This document shows positions 58,882 to 64,000 of a stretch of 64,000 bases of DNA, piece after piece. How positions within the stretch are numbered: the stretch's first letter is position 1; each line of letters starts with the position of its first letter. The notes under the pieces are model-generated. The model saw nothing but the letters and a program-made list of their open reading frames with translations, made no database searches and was not told the DNA's origin. The position numbers were made by a program, and so were the translations under genes. This DNA is from an uncultured bacterium (GTDB lineage: Bacteria > Armatimonadota > Abditibacteriia > Abditibacteriales > Abditibacteriaceae), in assembly GCA_963843795.1 (NCBI GenBank), contig CAWJLW010000006.1:1488001-1552000 (forward strand), read 5' to 3'.

Positions 58882-60030
58882 ATGCAAGCGAGCAAAAGGA
58901 CGAAAAACGGAAAAAGTTGTGATGTCGCGGTGATTGGCGGCGGAATTATCGGTTTGAGTTGTGCGTGGCGATTGGCACAGCGCGGATTGCAGGTATCGCT
59001 TTTCGAGCGCGGCGCCTTGGCTGGGGAAGCCACCCGCGCGGCGGGCGGAATGCTTGCCGCGCAGTGTGAAACCGCTCATCACGCGCCAGACACCCAAGAG
59101 ACTGCCGCACGCAATGCGATGTTCGCTGCCGGCTTATCATCGCGCGCTTTGTATAGCGAATTCGCGCGCGAATTGAAAAATCTCACCGGCATCGACCCGC
59201 AACTTTCGCTGCGCGGCTCTACTGACGATTGGCGTACGCCGGGCATTTTGTATATCGCCAGCAATCGCGACGACGGCGCTGCGCAGGCTTTTGCTATTCA
59301 GAAAAATTGCGGTCATGCCGTCGAACCCACGCATTTCGGCCCGTTTGATGCGTGGTGGCTGCCCGATGAAGGCCAAATCGACAACCGTTTGCTGGCGCAA
59401 TCCTTGACCGCGGCGTGCGAAAATTCGGGCGTGGAACTGCGAGCGTACACATCTTTAGAAAACGTCGATTTGTACGACGAAAGCGTTGATTTGATTTGCG
59501 GCAGCGAAAATGTGCGCTGCAAGTACTTGCTGATGTGCGCGGGCGCGTGGAGTGATGGCCTGCTGCCATTTTCTCTGCCCACACGACCGCTGCACGGCCA
59601 AATTGTGCTGCTGCAAACGCAACGACAAATCGACCGCGTTTTGTATGCCTCAGAGGTTTACTTAGTGCCGCGCCGCGACGGGCGATTGCTCATCGGCGCA
59701 ACCATGCAAGAGCGCTCTTTCGACCAAACCTCTACCGCGCGCGGCGTGCATTTTCTGCTGAATCGTGCCTTGGAATTGGCACCCGAGCTGGGCGATTGCG
59801 CCCTGCTCGATCACTGGGCCGGTTTGCGACCGATAACGCCCGATGGTTTGCCGTTTATCGGGCGCACACAGCACCCGCAAGTACTTGCCGCGACCGGGCA
59901 CGGACGCAACGGCATTCTGCTGGCACCTCAAACGGCTCAGTGGATTGCCGAAGAAATCGTCGAAAATCAAAGCGCGCCACGCGAATTTTCGCCGCAGCGT
60001 GTGGTAGTCAAAAGCAGCGCTTCGTTATGA
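58882..60030 (+). CDS. thiO: Glycine oxidase ThiO
   Basis: VIGGGIIG, AAGGML, YLVPR.DGR, WAGLRP.TPDG.P, ATGHGRNGILLAP; overlaps thiS. Confidence 0.9.
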   Translation: MQASKRTKNGKSCDVAVIGGGIIGLSCAWRLAQRGLQVSLFERGALAGEATRAAGGMLAAQCETAHHAPDTQETAARNAMFAAGLSSRALYSEFARELKNLTGIDPQLSLRGSTDDWRTPGILYIASNRDDGAAQAFAIQKNCGHAVEPTHFGPFDAWWLPDEGQIDNRLLAQSLTAACENSGVELRAYTSLENVDLYDESVDLICGSENVRCKYLLMCAGAWSDGLLPFSLPTRPLHGQIVLLQTQRQIDRVLYASEVYLVPRRDGRLLIGATMQERSFDQTSTARGVHFLLNRALELAPELGDCALLDHWAGLRPITPDGLPFIGRTQHPQVLAATGHGRNGILLAPQTAQWIAEEIVENQSAPREFSPQRVVVKSSASL

Positions 60031-60224
60031 AAATTATGCTCAACGGTGCAACTCACCAAACTCAGGCGGGTAACATTGGCGAACTGTTGCGCGAACTGGA
60101 AATGCCCGAACGGGGCATTGCAGTCGCGCGCAACCACCAGGTGGTACGTCGTGCGGAACATAACACGACTGCGCTACAGGAAAACGATATTATCGAAATC
60201 ATCCGCGCCGTTCAGGGCGGATAA
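60027..60224 (+). CDS. thiS: Sulfur carrier protein ThiS
   Basis: MKIMLNG...IAVARN...IEIIRAVQGG ending in diglycine. Confidence 0.95.
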   Translation: MKIMLNGATHQTQAGNIGELLRELEMPERGIAVARNHQVVRRAEHNTTALQENDIIEIIRAVQGG

Positions 60225-60351
60225 CGAAGAATTTAAAAGCAAGATGTGAGAGAAGAGAACTATGAGATGCTCATTTGCTCTGCGCGCAAATACCTGCAGA
60301 GCGTTTTTCAGTTCTGTTCTCTAACTTCTCCCTCTCGAATAAAGGAATTTT

Positions 60352-61122
60352 ATGCAGGATACATTTGAATTAGCGGGCCGCACATTTCAATCGCGCCTGA
60401 TGTTTGGCAGCGGTAAAAATGTCGATTACAAATTGATGCGCGAATGCATCGACGCTACCGAAGCCGAAATCGTCACCGTCGCCATCCGTCGCATTCCCAC
60501 CGACGACGCGCCCGGCGCGGGTCTGATCGACCATCTCAAAGGACTCACGCTTTTGCCCAATACGGCGATGTGTTACTCGGTGAAAGATGCGGTTCTCACC
60601 GCTCAACTGGCGCGCGAAGCACTGGAAACCAACTGGGTGAAATTGGAAGTTATCGGCGATCCCGACACGTTGTTTCCCGATAATGAAGGCACACTCGAAG
60701 CCGCCAAAATTCTGATCAAAGATGGCTTCACCGTTTTGCCTTATTGTAATGACGACCCAATCATTTGCCGTAAATTGCAAGATATGGGCTGCCCTGCGGT
60801 GATGCCTTTGGCCGCGCCGATTGGCTCAGGACTGGGCATTCGCAACGAAACCAATTTGCAGATTATCCTGGAAAAAGCTACCGTCCCGATTATCGTCGAT
60901 GCCGGTGTTGGAACTGCGAGCGATGCCAGTCGCGCGATGGAATTGGGCGCATCTGCAGTGCTTTTGCAGACCGCAGTGTACGGCGCTAAACATCCGTTAC
61001 AAATGGCACACGCAATGAAACACGCCATCATCGCCGGACGTTTGGCGCATCTGGCGGGCCGCATTCCGCGCAAGTTATATGCAACCGCTTCCAGCCCTAG
61101 TGAGGGCGTTGTAAATTCTTAA
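60352..61122 (+). CDS. thiG: Thiazole synthase
   Basis: [40 protein letters not shown]. Confidence 0.97.
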   Translation: MQDTFELAGRTFQSRLMFGSGKNVDYKLMRECIDATEAEIVTVAIRRIPTDDAPGAGLIDHLKGLTLLPNTAMCYSVKDAVLTAQLAREALETNWVKLEVIGDPDTLFPDNEGTLEAAKILIKDGFTVLPYCNDDPIICRKLQDMGCPAVMPLAAPIGSGLGIRNETNLQIILEKATVPIIVDAGVGTASDASRAMELGASAVLLQTAVYGAKHPLQMAHAMKHAIIAGRLAHLAGRIPRKLYATASSPSEGVVNS

Positions 61123-61147
61123 ATTTTGTATTTCAAGGAAATAATTT

Positions 61148-61468
61148 ATGCAACGCATCGGTTTTTTGATTCGCGTCAAACCCGATAAATTGGACGAATA
61201 CAAGCGCTTACACGCGCAAGTGTGGCCGGAATTGCTGGAAGAATTGTCAAAAGCCGGAATGCGCAATTATTCACTGTGGCTCAAACCCGACGGAACGGAA
61301 TTCGGTTATTTAGAATGTGAAGATTGGCAAGCGGCATGCGCTTACCTTGACAAAAGCGAAGTTCACACACGCTGGCAAGAATTTATGCGAGATTTTCTTG
61401 ACACAGCAGCGACTGGTGAGGGCGGGCAACCGATAGAAATGTTGGAAGAAGTATTCTATCTGGCCTGA
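61148..61468 (+). CDS. rhaM: L-rhamnose mutarotase family
   Basis: EYKRLH..VWPE, G.RNYS.W, WQEFM, EEVFYL. Confidence 0.85.
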   Translation: MQRIGFLIRVKPDKLDEYKRLHAQVWPELLEELSKAGMRNYSLWLKPDGTEFGYLECEDWQAACAYLDKSEVHTRWQEFMRDFLDTAATGEGGQPIEMLEEVFYLA

Positions 61469-61591
61469 GTAAATTGGCAAGTATTCGCGCCAATGCTGAT
61501 GCAAGTACTTGCCATCCCTTGTCATAAGATGACTGCATTGCTCAAAAGCCGTAAACTATCAAACTCCGCTTTGGTTTGAAGTGTAATCCGT

Positions 61592-63761
61592 ATGGCTTCC
61601 CTGATTCGCTCTGGAACTGCATCGCTGCGCTTTTTGGTCGCGTCGTGCCTGCTGGCAATTGCTGGCTGTGGTTCATCGCCCGAAGACACGCCTGCATTGC
61701 CAGCGCCAATCTCAGCCAAAGCAACGCCGACCACGAAACCTCTACCCGCCGATCTGGCCGCGCAAGCCATTCAGTTCACCGATATCACGCGCAGCGCGGG
61801 CATAAATTTTCGCCATAATACTGGTGCCTTTGGCTTGAAACTTTTTCCAGAAAGTATGGGCGGTGGCGCAGCGTTTTTCGATTACGACGGGGATGGGTGG
61901 CCGGACTTGCTTTTGGTCAATGGGCGCGACTGGACGCCAGAGGAAGTCGCTGCTTACCGGCAAGGCAGCGGACGCGAGCACAAAAAGCAGCACGGATTCG
62001 ATCCGCCCGCCCAACCGCCACGCCGCCACACTTTCTGCGCGCTTTATCGCAACAATCGCGACGGCACCTTTTCCGATGTCACCAAAGGCAGCGGACTGGA
62101 AATCGAAATCTTCGGCTTGGGTGTGTGCGTGGGCGATTACGACAACGACGGACGCGACGATCTGTATCTCACAGGCTACGGACGCAACTTCCTCTTCCAC
62201 AACCAAACCACTCAAGTCCACAGCTCACAAGCTCACAGCTCACAAGCTCACAGCTCACAAGCTCACACCGCACAAACACAACCCAAAGACACACAAAGCG
62301 CAACCCAAAGACTACATCAAAGCGCAACCCAAGTTCGTGGAAGTGGCACAGGCGGCGGGTGTGGTCGATGGTGGGTTGAGCACGAGTGCAGCGTGGCTGG
62401 ATTACGACCGCGATGGAAAGCTCGACCTCTTTGTCGGTCACTACACCGATTGGAATCCACAATCTGACTTGTATTATTCAGTGTTTCAGGACAATCGCAG
62501 CAAAAGTTATTCGGGGCCAATTCCCTATCGCGGTCAGGCCAATCGCTTGTATCACAATAAAGGCGCAGGACAGTTTGTTGATGTTTCGGTCAAAGCAGGT
62601 ATTCTGGTTCATTCATTGAAAGAAAAAGCAGGGGCAAAGAAAATCGCCACCGGTGAAGTACCCGCACTAGATGCAAATCAGGGCAAAACTTTGGGTTTAG
62701 CGATTTGCGACTATGATAACGATGGCTGGCCCGATATCGCCGTCGCCAACGATGAAGTTCCCAACTACTTGTTTCACAATCGGCGCAATGGCACTTTTGA
62801 GGAAGTTGGAAAGCGCATCGGTATAGCCTATAGTGCAACAGGTAAAGCGCGCGGCGGAATGGGAATCGACACTGCCGATATCGATCATTCAGGACAGGAA
62901 AGCGTGCTTATTGGAAACTACTCTGACGAAATGATGGCGCTTTTTCAACAAAAAAACGGCTTGTTTTCCGATACTGCGGCTTACGCAGAAATCGCTGGCC
63001 CCAGTGAAAAGTTCGTCGTCTTTGGAGCCGTTTTCATCGATGTCAACAACGATAGCTGGCCCGACATTATGACCGCCAACGGTCACGTTCTCGACGATGT
63101 CAAAAACATGCGCCGCGACCTCAGCTATGCTCAGCGTCCGCTTCTCTTCCTGAACCTGCAGAGTCGTCAGGTAACCAAATTTGCAGAAATTGGCAAGACG
63201 AGCGGACTTGATAAAGCCGTAGTAGGACGTGGATTAGCTTGTGGTGATATCGATTTGGATGGGGATGTGGATGTCGTGGTGTGCAACAATGGCGGTGCTC
63301 CTCTGCTGTTGCGCAACGACAGCCGCAACCCAAGCCACGCCATTCGACTCACTCTTCAAGGCACAACCAGCAATCGTAGCGCCCTCGATGCTCAAGTGCA
63401 AATCATCCTCGATACGAACTCGCAAAACCCGCAGAGCCCGCAAAACCAGCAGAGCCCGCAAAACCAGCAGAGCCCGCAAACCAAACCAACGGCAATCGGT
63501 TCAGCTCAGGCAGGCTCCAGCCCAACCAACTCACAGGAACTCTTGTATCGACGGGTGCGCAGCGGCTCGAGCTATCTCTCGCAAAGCGAACGCGCGCTCA
63601 CCGTGGGTGTGGGACAGGCCAAAAGCGTGCGCCAACTCAGCGTGCACTGGCCTTCAGGAAAGCTCACCATACTCAAAAATCTCCCCGCCGATCACTCCTT
63701 CATCGTAAAAGAAAATAACGGAATTGTTAACACAGAACCGCTTGCTAAAAGAACACAATAA
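61592..63761 (+). CDS. CRTAC1 / FG-GAP + ASPIC-UnbV lipoprotein, split by a frameshift near 62291-62300
   Basis: Lipobox IAGC; FTDIT..AGI.F.H; repeated DYDxDG motifs; SGSSYLSQS; the two ORFs join across the repeat region. Confidence 0.82.
62219..62333 (+). repeat. In-gene tandem repeats: 15-bp x3 (HSSQA), then a 22/24-bp pair (QPKDYIKA)
   Basis: cacagctcacaagct x3; caacccaaagacacacaaagcg + caacccaaagactacatcaaagcg. Confidence 0.85.
63421..63480 (+). repeat. In-gene 18-bp tandem repeat x3 (QNQQSP)
   Basis: cgcaaaacc(c/a)gcagagcc units. Confidence 0.85.
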
Positions 63762-63793
63762 TTCAGAAAACTTCAGTTTCACCTTTCTTTGTC

Positions 63794-64000
63794 ATGCAAT
63801 CCTCCGCCATTCGCACTTTTTTCCAACTGACTGGCTTAGCTGCTATGGTGGCAGCTGTCATCGGCATTGCTCTGACGTGGCAGGATTCTGCACGCAAAGA
63901 AAAACCTTTCGATTATCAACCATCGAAACCTAGGGCAACTACAGTAGGGCCAGTTCAATTCACCGATATCACGCGCAGCGCGGGCATAGATTTTCGCTAT
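63794..64000 (+). CDS. Second CRTAC1-family paralogue, 3' end outside window
   Basis: MQSSAIRTFFQLTGLAAMVAAVIGIALTW...VQFTDITRSAGIDFRY; 30 nt identical to 61775-61804. Confidence 0.8.
   Translation, partial: MQSSAIRTFFQLTGLAAMVAAVIGIALTWQDSARKEKPFDYQPSKPRATTVGPVQFTDITRSAGIDFRY

Overview
This is a 64-kb bacterial chromosomal window made up mostly of housekeeping genes: mscL (5' truncated), mqnC, mreB, murA, a complete atpZ-I-B-E-F-H-A-G-D-C operon (atpF has a 1-nt frameshift), crtB/crtI, panB/panC, ricT-metG-rng, tmRNA, murQ, argS, a phosphohexomutase, a GGDEF/HD-GYP protein, a GH50-like hydrolase, arnT-B-C-A-D, feoAB, thiOSG, rhaM and two tandem CRTAC1/ASPIC-UnbV genes. Gene content suggests an Armatimonadota/Abditibacteriota-like organism, but this is only an inference. 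I see no integrase, transposase, CRISPR array or rRNA/tRNA. The main signal is a DNA word, not a gene. The 12-bp palindrome GCAAGTACTTGC (often TGCAAGTACTTGCA) occurs about 40 times exactly by manual count, plus about 11 single-mismatch copies, against roughly 0.004 expected by chance. It sits in most intergenic gaps and in-frame inside essential genes in all three reading frames (QVLA, ASTC, CKYL). It also forms the centre of long loopless palindromes of 30-52 bp whose arms are unique to each locus, and some arms mirror the neighbouring stop codon. This looks like a HIP1-like highly iterated palindrome system with a different word. A second, non-palindromic ~21-nt motif (CATTTTAAATGCACACAAAAC) recurs just downstream of six genes, always in the sense orientation of the adjacent gene. 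All counts and coordinates were read by eye and should be recomputed.
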